Positions 55,049-64,000 of a stretch of DNA of 64,000 nucleotides are shown piece by piece. This DNA comes from Thiomonas intermedia (GTDB taxonomy: Bacteria; Pseudomonadota; Gammaproteobacteria; Burkholderiales; Burkholderiaceae_C): positions 4,471-68,470 of the forward strand of contig DZDA01000001.1 of NCBI GenBank assembly GCA_022730375.1, given 5' to 3'. The position numbers and the translations under genes are program-made. The notes under the pieces were generated by a model, which made no database searches, was not told the origin of the DNA, and saw only the letters and a program-made list of their open reading frames with translations. Within the stretch, counting starts at the first letter, position 1. Each line of letters opens with the position of its first letter.

Positions 55049-56548
55049 ATGCAGTCTCCCTTTTTTCACTCTTCTGAGAAACACGCCGGGCCGCCCAAAG
55101 GGTTTCTCACCCTCTCGGGAAGGCTGACGCTGAAGAGGAGGTTTGGAGGCTCTCTGTTGTACTGGCCAGGCATTCTGCTGGCGGCGTTGTTCGCCCTATC
55201 CTTGATCGCGACGCCCGCTTTTGCGGCGATCAGCAAAGACACGACAAAACGACCTACCGCTCAGAAGCAGGTTGCCAAGAAGAAGCCGGTCGCCAAGAAA
55301 CCAGCGACACGGTCGACTCATCAAGCGCGTTCAGCCGGTCTTTCTAAGAATCGCGGAAAAGTCGAGGCGAAGGCTGAGCCGGTCAGGAAAGTCACGGCGA
55401 AAAAGCGAGAGGCTCAGAGGGTTGCTGCGGGTCAGCGTATGCGCCCCAGCGCCCGTCCGATTGTGGCCAAGATGCGTCAAGGCGCGGCTTCCAAGCGTAT
55501 CGCTGTGACCGTGCGCAACAAGCAGGCGCGGACAGGTCAATTGCAAGCTACGCGGATTGCCGCTGAGAAGCGCCGTCCGGATACGCTCGTTTTGAAAACG
55601 GCCCTGATGACTGGGGCGGCCTCATCTGTGGTACGTGCAACGGATGAATTGCAGATCTCGCCGAGGTCCACGGCAGCGAACGATGACCCGCTGAGTTTGC
55701 GTTCAGGTTCTGCTTTGGTCGTTGACGAGGGAACGGATCGCGTGCTTTTGAGCAAGAACGCCGATACCGCGCGCCCGATTGCCTCACTCACCAAGCTGAT
55801 GACTGCCGCGGTGATTCTCGATGCGCATCAGCCGATGGATCAGGTCATCGAAATCACCGATGCCGATATCGACACGCTGAAGTGGAGCTCCTCGCGCCTG
55901 CGTCCGGGCACGAAACTCACGCGGGAAGAACTGCTCAAGCTGGCCCTGATGTCCTCTGAAAACAGGGCGGCGCATGCTTTGGCGCGCAACTATCCCGGGG
56001 GTTTGGCGGCTTTCATTCCTGCGATGAATGCCAAGGCGCGGTCTTTGGGCATGAATACCACACGCTACGTGGAGCCGACTGGCCTGTCGCCGCAGAACGA
56101 ATCGACCGCACATGATCTCGCGCTGCTGGTCAAGGCGGCGTATCACTATCCCCTGATCCGCGAGTTTTCCACCCATCCCGTGAGCGAGGTGGATGTCGGC
56201 CCACGCACGCTGCAATTCCGAAATACCGATCATCTGGTATTCAACCGCGGGTGGGACATCCTGCTGCAGAAAACCGGTTACATCAACGAAGCAGGGCATT
56301 GCCTGGTGCTGCAGACCAAGTTTGAAGGGCGTCGGGTGATTGTGGTGCTGCTCGATGCGTGGGGCAAGTATTCGCATTTTGGCGATGCCCAGCGCATCCG
56401 TACCTGGCTGGAAGCCAAGGGCTTCGACGCCCTGCATGATCCTGTCGCCCGTACAGGGGCGTTGCCTGCCCGAGGGCCAGAAAACGCCGCGGCCTTGGTG
56501 CGGACGGCCTTCATGGAAAAGACGCCATCCGCCAACCTTGACGAGTGA
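55049..56548 (+). CDS. pbpG: D-alanyl-D-alanine endopeptidase (PBP7/PbpG-like) with long basic N-terminal region
   Basis: ASLTK (SxxK), SSEN (SxN), KTGYINEAG; start uncertain. Confidence 0.85.
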   Translation: MQSPFFHSSEKHAGPPKGFLTLSGRLTLKRRFGGSLLYWPGILLAALFALSLIATPAFAAISKDTTKRPTAQKQVAKKKPVAKKPATRSTHQARSAGLSKNRGKVEAKAEPVRKVTAKKREAQRVAAGQRMRPSARPIVAKMRQGAASKRIAVTVRNKQARTGQLQATRIAAEKRRPDTLVLKTALMTGAASSVVRATDELQISPRSTAANDDPLSLRSGSALVVDEGTDRVLLSKNADTARPIASLTKLMTAAVILDAHQPMDQVIEITDADIDTLKWSSSRLRPGTKLTREELLKLALMSSENRAAHALARNYPGGLAAFIPAMNAKARSLGMNTTRYVEPTGLSPQNESTAHDLALLVKAAYHYPLIREFSTHPVSEVDVGPRTLQFRNTDHLVFNRGWDILLQKTGYINEAGHCLVLQTKFEGRRVIVVLLDAWGKYSHFGDAQRIRTWLEAKGFDALHDPVARTGALPARGPENAAALVRTAFMEKTPSANLDE

Positions 56549-56584
56549 GTTCTTCGCCGCGCTTTTCAGTGCGCGGTCGCCGAT

Positions 56585-57391
56585 TCAGCGCTGCGTACCC
56601 TTGTAGCCGAGCGCGGTTGAAATGCGCTGCGCCGTAAGCTGCACCTTCTCCAGCCAGTCTTCCATCAGCCGGTCGGCCGGCGCCGAGAGCGACAGACCAG
56701 CCACCAGATCGCCGTTGTCGTCATAAATGCCGGCCGCCATGCAGCGCACTCCGAGTTCGAGTTCTTCGTTGTCGCGCGCAAACCCGTCGTGGCGCACTTT
56801 GCTCAGTTCGCGCTCAAGCAATTGGGGGTTGGTGATGCTGTTGCGCGTCTGCCCGGCCAGGCCGGTGCGCAGGCTGTAGGCCTTGACGCGGGTCGCCTCA
56901 TCGGCGGCCAGAAAGAGTTTGCCGACCGAAGTCAGATGCAGGGGCGCCCGCCCGCCCACCGAGCGAATGACCTGCATGCCGGAATGTTCGCTGTAGGTGC
57001 GTTCGATGTAGACGATTTCGTCGCCTTGCCGCACGCTCAGATTGACCGGTTGATGGGTCAGTCGGTGAAGTTCGCGCATGGGGCCGAGCGCGGCGTCGCG
57101 CACGCTCAGACGCGCCTTGACCAGATTGCCATATTCGAGCAGCCGCATGCCCAGGCGGTAGGTGCCGGCCTCAACTCGCTCGACCATGTGGCCAACGACC
57201 AGGTCGTTGAGGATGCGGTGGGCCGTGGACGGGTGCAGGCCGGTTGCGGCGCCGATGTCCTTGAGTTGCATCGGATCGGGGTTTTGCGCCAGAACGTCCA
57301 GCAACGCAAAGGCCCGCCCGAGCACCTGGATGGCGGGCTCGGCGGGCGCTGCGAGCGGCTCGGATTTGCGGGAGACAGAAGAATGCTGCAT
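56585..57391 (-). CDS. IclR-family transcriptional regulator
   Basis: IQVLGRAFALL, GLHPSTAHRIL, PLHLTSVGK, DNEELELGVRC. Confidence 0.93.
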   Translation of the reverse strand: MQHSSVSRKSEPLAAPAEPAIQVLGRAFALLDVLAQNPDPMQLKDIGAATGLHPSTAHRILNDLVVGHMVERVEAGTYRLGMRLLEYGNLVKARLSVRDAALGPMRELHRLTHQPVNLSVRQGDEIVYIERTYSEHSGMQVIRSVGGRAPLHLTSVGKLFLAADEATRVKAYSLRTGLAGQTRNSITNPQLLERELSKVRHDGFARDNEELELGVRCMAAGIYDDNGDLVAGLSLSAPADRLMEDWLEKVQLTAQRISTALGYKGTQR

Positions 57392-57507
57392 CGCAAAAAT
57401 TTTATATGCTGGAACAGACTTTTGTATATCGGAAAAACGCGAGGTCTTGCAGTTCGGTCAGCGCGGCTCGTCAGCCAGTCACAAGTCAGCCGACTGATAA
57501 TGCGGGC

Positions 57508-58239
57508 ATGAAAAAACGCGTAGGTCTCTTCATTACCTGTCTGGCTGATGTCATGCGGCCGAGCATTCCGATGGCGGCCGTCGAGTTGCTGGAAGCGGCG
57601 CATTTCGAGGTGCATGTGCCCATGGCGCAGACCTGTTGCGGGCAACCCGCCTACAACTCGGGCGATCACCGAACGACTCTGGCGCTGGCGGAAAAGTTTC
57701 TCGATGAATTCGAGTCGTTCGACTACGTGGTCGCCCCGTCCGGCTCCTGCATGGGCACGATCAAGACACACTATCCCGATGTGCTCAAAGACCAGCCGGA
57801 TCTGCTGCGTCGTTTCGCCGCCATACAGCCGCGCCTGTTTGAACTCACCGACTTTCTGGTGCGTGTGGCCAATCTGACCGAGGTGGCCGGCGAGTTCGAG
57901 GGCGAGGTGACGTATCACGATTCCTGCTCGGGTTTGCGCGAATTGGGCATCAAGCAACAGCCCCGCCAACTGCTGTCGCTCGTGCCCGGACTCAGTCTGT
58001 GCGAAATGGAACAATGCGAGCAGTGCTGCGGCTTTGGGGGCGCCTTCGCGGTGAAGTACGGCAATATTTCCGCGGCCATTGCCGACGACAAGTGCGCCAA
58101 CATTCAGGCGACCAAGGCGCGTGCCGTGGTGCTGGGCGATCTGGGTTGCATGATGCAAATCGAAGGGCGGCTGCGGCGGCAGGGAGACAACACAACTCAG
58201 GTGCTTCATATCGCTGAAGTGCTGAGTGGAAAGCGCTGA
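57508..58239 (+). CDS. lutA: Lactate utilisation protein A (LutA/LldE, CCG-domain Fe-S)
   Basis: FITCLAD, QTCCGQPAYNSG, HDSCSGLREL, CCGFGG. Confidence 0.88.
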   Translation: MKKRVGLFITCLADVMRPSIPMAAVELLEAAHFEVHVPMAQTCCGQPAYNSGDHRTTLALAEKFLDEFESFDYVVAPSGSCMGTIKTHYPDVLKDQPDLLRRFAAIQPRLFELTDFLVRVANLTEVAGEFEGEVTYHDSCSGLRELGIKQQPRQLLSLVPGLSLCEMEQCEQCCGFGGAFAVKYGNISAAIADDKCANIQATKARAVVLGDLGCMMQIEGRLRRQGDNTTQVLHIAEVLSGKR

Positions 58240-58241
58240 TC

Positions 58242-59663
58242 ATGGAATCACAGACTCTGCATTTCAAGGCGCGCGCCGGCCAGAAGCTGGCCGATCAGCG
58301 TTTGCAGCAAAACCTCAAGAAGCTCTCGACCAAGTTTGTGACCGGCCGGGCCGCGGCCATCGCCGCGCTGGACGGGTTCGAGCAGATTCGCGATGCTGCG
58401 GTGAATCGTCGCAACGTGGCGCTGAAGACGCTTGATGTTTGGCTGGAGCGATTCGAAGCCGAAGCGCAGCGCCGCGGCGCCACGGTGCTCTGGGCGCAAA
58501 CCCCGCAGGAAGCCGCCGATCTGGTGGTGCAGATCGCCCGAAAGCACGCTTGCAAGCAGGCCATCAAGTCGAAGTCGATGGTGTCGGAGGAAATGGGTTT
58601 AAACGCGGCGCTGGAAGCCGCAGCCGTGCAGGTGACGGAGACCGATCTGGGCGAGTACATCCTGCAGATCAACGGCAACGAGCCCCCTTCGCACATCATT
58701 GCGCCCGTGGTGCACAAGGACAAAGAGGAGATCGCCGATCTGTTCGCTCGCACGCACCACACGCCGCGCAAGACCGACATCCCCGAGATGACCCGCGAGG
58801 CCCGCGAGGTGCTGCGGGCGAAGTTTCTGTCGGCCGATATGGGCATTACCGGGGGCAATTTCGTGGTGGCTGAAACCGGCTCCGTCGCCCTGGTCACCAA
58901 TGAGGGCAATGAGGGTATGTGCACCATCCTGCCGCGGGTGCATGTGGCGGTGACCGGGGTGGAGAAGGTGCTGCCTACGCTCGAAGACCTGGCGGCGGTG
59001 ATGCGCCTGCTGCCCCGTTCGGCGACGGGGCAGACGATCAGCAACTACTTCTCCGTGCTTACCGGCCCGAAGCGCGAGGGCGACCGTGACGGCCCGGAGC
59101 ATATGTATGTGGTGTTGCTCGATGGCGGACGCACCAGTCTGGTGGGCGGTGCGTTTGCCGAGATGTTGCGCTGCATACGCTGCGGCGCCTGTATGAACCA
59201 TTGCCCCGTCTATCAGAAAATCGGCGGGCACGCCTACGGCTGGGTGTATCCGGGGCCGATGGGGTCGGTGCTGACGCCGAGTTACCAGGGGCTTGAAAGC
59301 ACGCAGGATTTGCCGCAGGCCGCCACGTTGTGCGGGCAATGTCAGGTCGTGTGCCCGATGAAAATCCCGCTGCCCGATCTGCTGCGCAAAATGCGCGAAC
59401 AGCAATTCGAGCGCGAAATGCGGCCGGGCATGGAGCGCTGGGCCTTGAGGCTGTGGAGCTATGCCGCGCGGCATCCGTGGCTGTATCGGCCGGGGACGCG
59501 GCTGACGTCAAGGGTCTTGCGGCTGATGGGGGGCGAGCGCAGGCGCGTGCAAAACCTGCCAGGCGCCTCGGGATGGACGGCCTACCGCGATCTGCCCGTG
59601 CCGTCGCAGGCAACCTTCAAGCAGCAGTTCGCGCAGCGCGCCAAGGGCAAAACCGTAGGGTGA
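58242..59663 (+). CDS. lutB: Lactate utilisation protein B (LutB/LldF, Fe-S)
   Basis: KSKSMVSEE, ETDLGEYI, CIRCGACMNHCP, LCGQCQVVCP. Confidence 0.9.
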   Translation: MESQTLHFKARAGQKLADQRLQQNLKKLSTKFVTGRAAAIAALDGFEQIRDAAVNRRNVALKTLDVWLERFEAEAQRRGATVLWAQTPQEAADLVVQIARKHACKQAIKSKSMVSEEMGLNAALEAAAVQVTETDLGEYILQINGNEPPSHIIAPVVHKDKEEIADLFARTHHTPRKTDIPEMTREAREVLRAKFLSADMGITGGNFVVAETGSVALVTNEGNEGMCTILPRVHVAVTGVEKVLPTLEDLAAVMRLLPRSATGQTISNYFSVLTGPKREGDRDGPEHMYVVLLDGGRTSLVGGAFAEMLRCIRCGACMNHCPVYQKIGGHAYGWVYPGPMGSVLTPSYQGLESTQDLPQAATLCGQCQVVCPMKIPLPDLLRKMREQQFEREMRPGMERWALRLWSYAARHPWLYRPGTRLTSRVLRLMGGERRRVQNLPGASGWTAYRDLPVPSQATFKQQFAQRAKGKTVG

Positions 59664-59671
59664 CGGCGGGG

Positions 59672-60427
59672 TCAAACGCTTGCGGATAGCGGGTTGAACC
59701 AGCCGCCGTCGCGGTAGATTTCAAACGGCGTGAAATTGGATTTGTAGGCCATCTTGCGGCTGTGCGCGATCCAATAGCCCAGATACACATGCGGCAACTG
59801 CATGGAGCGCGCCTGCTCGATCTGCCAGAGGATGTTGTAGGTGCCGTAGCTGCTGCCAACGTCCGCCGTTTCAAAGAAGGTGTACACCGCTGAAAGGCCG
59901 TCAGACAGCACATCGACCACCGAGACCATCTTGAGGGCGCCAAGCTCTTCGCCAGCCTGCGCGGGAGCTCGAAACTCGACCAGCCGGGTGTTCACCCGGC
60001 TTTGCAGCAGAAATTGGGCGTATTGGTCGATGCTGTCGTGGTCCATGCCGCCGCCGGTGTGGCGCGCGGCCTGATAGCGCAGATAAAGCTGATAGTGCTC
60101 AGGGATGAAGCCGAGCTTGAGCACACGTACCGAGAGATTGCCATGCCGCTTCCAGACCCTGTGCTGCGCGCGGTTGGGCGAAAACTGCGACGCCAGCACG
60201 CGGATGGGCAGGCAGGCCTGGCAGTCTTCGCACTGCGGGCGGTAGGTGAACAGGCCGCTGCGACGAAAGCCGACGCGCACCAGATCGGAGTAGACATCGG
60301 CGTTGATCAGATGGCTGGGCGTGGCCACCTGCGAGCGCGCCATGCGCCCCGGCAGGTAGCTGCACGGGTAACTTGCCGTGGCGTAGAACTGCAGGGTCGT
60401 GAGCGGAAGTTCTTTGGGATGGGTCAC
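59672..60427 (-). CDS. bpt: Aspartate/glutamate leucyltransferase (ATE-like, Bpt)
   Basis: [37 protein letters not shown]. Confidence 0.9.
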   Translation of the reverse strand: MTHPKELPLTTLQFYATASYPCSYLPGRMARSQVATPSHLINADVYSDLVRVGFRRSGLFTYRPQCEDCQACLPIRVLASQFSPNRAQHRVWKRHGNLSVRVLKLGFIPEHYQLYLRYQAARHTGGGMDHDSIDQYAQFLLQSRVNTRLVEFRAPAQAGEELGALKMVSVVDVLSDGLSAVYTFFETADVGSSYGTYNILWQIEQARSMQLPHVYLGYWIAHSRKMAYKSNFTPFEIYRDGGWFNPLSASV

Positions 60428-61167
60428 AGCCAGCGCGCGCAGTCGGTGAGAAAGGTCGAGTCATCATACTGCCAGCCCGGTACGGCGGATTGCCTTGTGG
60501 TTTCCGCCACATGGCGCAGAAACACATCGCGCGCGATAGGCGTCGCGCCCATCTGCGCCAGATAGCCGGTCTGCTGCTGGCAATCGATCAGATCGATGCG
60601 TTGGCGCAGACAAAACCCGCACAGCGCCATCAGCAAGGCTTTCGAGCCATCGCTCACCTCGGTGAACATGGATTCGCCGTAGAACATGCGGCCGATGCAC
60701 ACGCCGTACAGACCGGCGCGCAGCGCATCGCCCTCCCACAGCTCGAAACTGTGGGCCAGGCCGCGCGCATGCAGGGTGGTGTAGGCATGGAGCATGTCGG
60801 GGGTGATCCAGGTGCCGATGTCGGCGCGTTGCGCGCCGCACTGCTGCATCACGCGGGGGAAAGCGGTGTCGATCCGAAGATGCCAATCGGCGCTGCGGCC
60901 GAACCGACGTGCCGATTTTTTCAGTGAGCGCGTCACATGCAATTGCTCGGGCCGCAGCACCATGCGCGGATCGGTGCTCCACCACAGCAGCGGCTCTCCC
61001 GGGCTGAACCAGGGGAAAATACCCTGCCGGTAGGCCCGCTCCAGGGTGTCGGCATCGAGTTGTCCGCCCAAGGCAAGCAGGCCGGGGAACGGCGACAATG
61101 CCGGGAGCGCCTGTGATACGGGCGGAAAGTCATCGCCCGGCTCAAGCCGGGGGATTTGCCAGTTCAT
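60424..61167 (-). CDS. aat: Leucyl/phenylalanyl-tRNA--protein transferase
   Basis: [33 protein letters not shown]. Confidence 0.95.
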   Translation of the reverse strand: MNWQIPRLEPGDDFPPVSQALPALSPFPGLLALGGQLDADTLERAYRQGIFPWFSPGEPLLWWSTDPRMVLRPEQLHVTRSLKKSARRFGRSADWHLRIDTAFPRVMQQCGAQRADIGTWITPDMLHAYTTLHARGLAHSFELWEGDALRAGLYGVCIGRMFYGESMFTEVSDGSKALLMALCGFCLRQRIDLIDCQQQTGYLAQMGATPIARDVFLRHVAETTRQSAVPGWQYDDSTFLTDCARWL

Positions 61168-61194
61168 GGCCTGATTTTTCTGGAGTGATCCATC

Positions 61195-61722
61195 ATGCCA
61201 ATTTACCAATTCGCCGACTGGCGCCCCGAGATCGCCGCCGATGCCTATGTGGCACCGGGCGCGCAGGTCATGGGCAAGGTGCGGCTGCTGCCGCGTTCGA
61301 GCGTGTGGTTTTCTGCCGTGCTGCGCGGTGACAACGAACTCATCGAGATCGGAGAGGAATCGAATGTTCAGGATGGTTCGGTGCTCCATACCGACCCCGG
61401 CTATCCGCTCACGGTAGGGCCGCGCGTCACCATTGGCCATCAGGCCATGCTGCATGGCTGCACCATCGGCGAAGGCAGTCTGATCGGCATTGGCGCGGTG
61501 GTCTTGAATGGCGCGGAGATTGGCCGCAATTGTCTGGTGGGCGCCGGTGCCTTGGTCACCGAGGGAAAGGTGTTTCCCGATGGCGTGCTGATTTTGGGCA
61601 CGCCCGCACGCGTGGCGCGCGAACTCACGCCCGAGGCTATTGCCGCGCTGAAAGGCAATGCCCAACATTACGTCGAGCGCGCACAGCGCTTTGCCCAAGA
61701 ACTTCAACTGATGCATTCATGA
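61195..61722 (+). CDS. Gamma carbonic anhydrase family protein (YrdA-like)
   Basis: Hexapeptide repeats, [24 protein letters not shown]. Confidence 0.92.
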   Translation: MPIYQFADWRPEIAADAYVAPGAQVMGKVRLLPRSSVWFSAVLRGDNELIEIGEESNVQDGSVLHTDPGYPLTVGPRVTIGHQAMLHGCTIGEGSLIGIGAVVLNGAEIGRNCLVGAGALVTEGKVFPDGVLILGTPARVARELTPEAIAALKGNAQHYVERAQRFAQELQLMHS

Positions 61723-62660
61723 GCGATCAACTTGTCAAATTCATGCTGGGCACGGGTCATGTGCGCGGTGTTCTCGTCCGTCTGGAGTCCACCTGGGCCG
61801 AGTTGCAGAGGCGCCGCACCTATCCGGAGGAGGTCGCCGCACTGGTCGGGCAGATGGCGGCGGCCAGTGCCTTGCTGGCGGGCAGCCTGAAATTCGACGG
61901 TGCCTTGATTTTGCAGATTCAGGGCGACGGCCCGCTGAAGCTCGCGGTCGCCGAGTGTCAGCCCGACTTCGGGTTGCGGGCAACGGCCAAGATGGCCGAC
62001 GGCTTGCAGGAGGCTGCGGCCTTGCCCCAAGACCTGGCGTCGCTGGTCAACCCAGATGGCAAAGGGCGCTGCGCCATCACCCTCGACCCGCGCAATCCCG
62101 AATCTGGCCTGCAGCCCTACCAAGGCATCGTGGCGCTCACCGATGAGCACGGTCAGACGCTGCAATCACTGGCCGCCATGCTGGAACAGTATCTGGCGCA
62201 ATCGGAGCAGATCGACTCGCTGCTTCTGCTGGCCAGCAACGATCAGGCCGTGTGCGGTCTGCTGCTGCAACGCATGCCCGGTGAGAAGCAGACCGCCGAG
62301 GGGGCGGAACAACCCGACGAAGACTTTCAGCGTGCGCGCCATCTGGCGGCAACCTTGACTTCCGATGAACTGTTGCAGCTCGCGCCTGAGGAAGTGCTCA
62401 GGCGCCTGTTCTGGGAAGAAGACGCCCGGGTTTTCGAACCGCAGAGCCCGCGTTTTCACTGCACCTGTTCGCGTGATCGCGTTGCGGGCATGTTGCGCAT
62501 GCTGGGGCGCGAGGAGGTGGAGTCGATTCTCGCGGAGCGCGGCGAGGTGGATGTGCGCTGCGAATTCTGCGGTCAGGGCTATGCCTTTGATGCCATCGAT
62601 GCGGCTCAGGTGTTTGTCAACACCCTGGCTCAACCGCCGGTAGTTTCAATACGTCATTGA
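61719..62660 (+). CDS. hslO: Redox-regulated chaperone Hsp33
   Basis: IQGDGP, YQGIV, QSEQI, zinc centre CTC...CEFC. Confidence 0.93.
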   Translation: MSDQLVKFMLGTGHVRGVLVRLESTWAELQRRRTYPEEVAALVGQMAAASALLAGSLKFDGALILQIQGDGPLKLAVAECQPDFGLRATAKMADGLQEAAALPQDLASLVNPDGKGRCAITLDPRNPESGLQPYQGIVALTDEHGQTLQSLAAMLEQYLAQSEQIDSLLLLASNDQAVCGLLLQRMPGEKQTAEGAEQPDEDFQRARHLAATLTSDELLQLAPEEVLRRLFWEEDARVFEPQSPRFHCTCSRDRVAGMLRMLGREEVESILAERGEVDVRCEFCGQGYAFDAIDAAQVFVNTLAQPPVVSIRH

Positions 62661-62678
62661 GGACTGCCGGGACCCTTT

Positions 62679-62978
62679 TTACCGGGCGCTGGCGCTGGCC
62701 GCCCGTGCGGGCGGCACGATCTGCACAAAAATCTCGTCGGGCTTGACCATGCCCATTTCGCGACGGGCCTGATCTTGCACACCGCTGAGTCCGGTTTTCA
62801 GGTCGTGGACCTCAGCGGCCAGGCGATCGTTGTCCTGCTGGGCCAGCGCGTTGGCCTGCTCTTGCTGGCTGAGCTGATTTTCCAGCCGTTGCACCGCGAA
62901 CCAGCCCCGCTCGCCGAACCACAGCGGCCACTGCAGCAACAGCAGCAGACTCACAAGCAGGACGGTGACCCAGCGCAT
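62679..62978 (-). CDS. ftsB: Cell division protein FtsB
   Basis: TM helix + LWFGERG, coiled coil, ARREMGMVKPDE; downstream of eno. Confidence 0.92.
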   Translation of the reverse strand: MRWVTVLLVSLLLLLQWPLWFGERGWFAVQRLENQLSQQEQANALAQQDNDRLAAEVHDLKTGLSGVQDQARREMGMVKPDEIFVQIVPPARAASASAR

Positions 62979-63002
62979 GATGATCGGGCGCGTGCGGTGA
63001 AA

Positions 63003-64000
<998 letters not shown>

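Overview
High-GC betaproteobacterial chromosome segment (Burkholderiales; gene order and the sox cluster suggest a Thiomonas-like sulfur oxidiser, which is an inference). Most of the window is conserved core: sdhE-gltA, leuC-entericidin-leuD-leuB-asd-fimV-truA-trpFBA-accD-folC-dedD-cvpA-purF-metZ-gltX, pyrD/rpiA, prlC-folD-FixLJ-like two-component system, aceEF-lpdA, NlpC/P60, acuI-prpE, a complete ArsR-soxCDYZAXB thiosulfate oxidation cluster, pbpG, IclR/lutAB, bpt-aat, gamma-CA, hslO, ftsB and a partial eno. The most unusual part is a ~7.7 kb accessory block between gltA and leuC. It holds an Lrp regulator divergent from an orphan LivK-type binding protein, a SAM methyltransferase, a DHA2 MFS exporter and an FAD oxidase, followed by an MmyB-type regulator/YafE-like methyltransferase pair with direct-repeat operators. 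Other notable signals: an in-frame palindromic element at the trpB-trpA junction, a 140-bp perfect repeat shared by aceF and lpdA, an orphan ORF after gltX, hairpins inside the sox operon, and a candidate IclR operator pair linking lutAB and pdh. No rRNA, tRNA, CRISPR array, transposase or integrase was seen. All calls come from motif recognition by eye; no searches were run.
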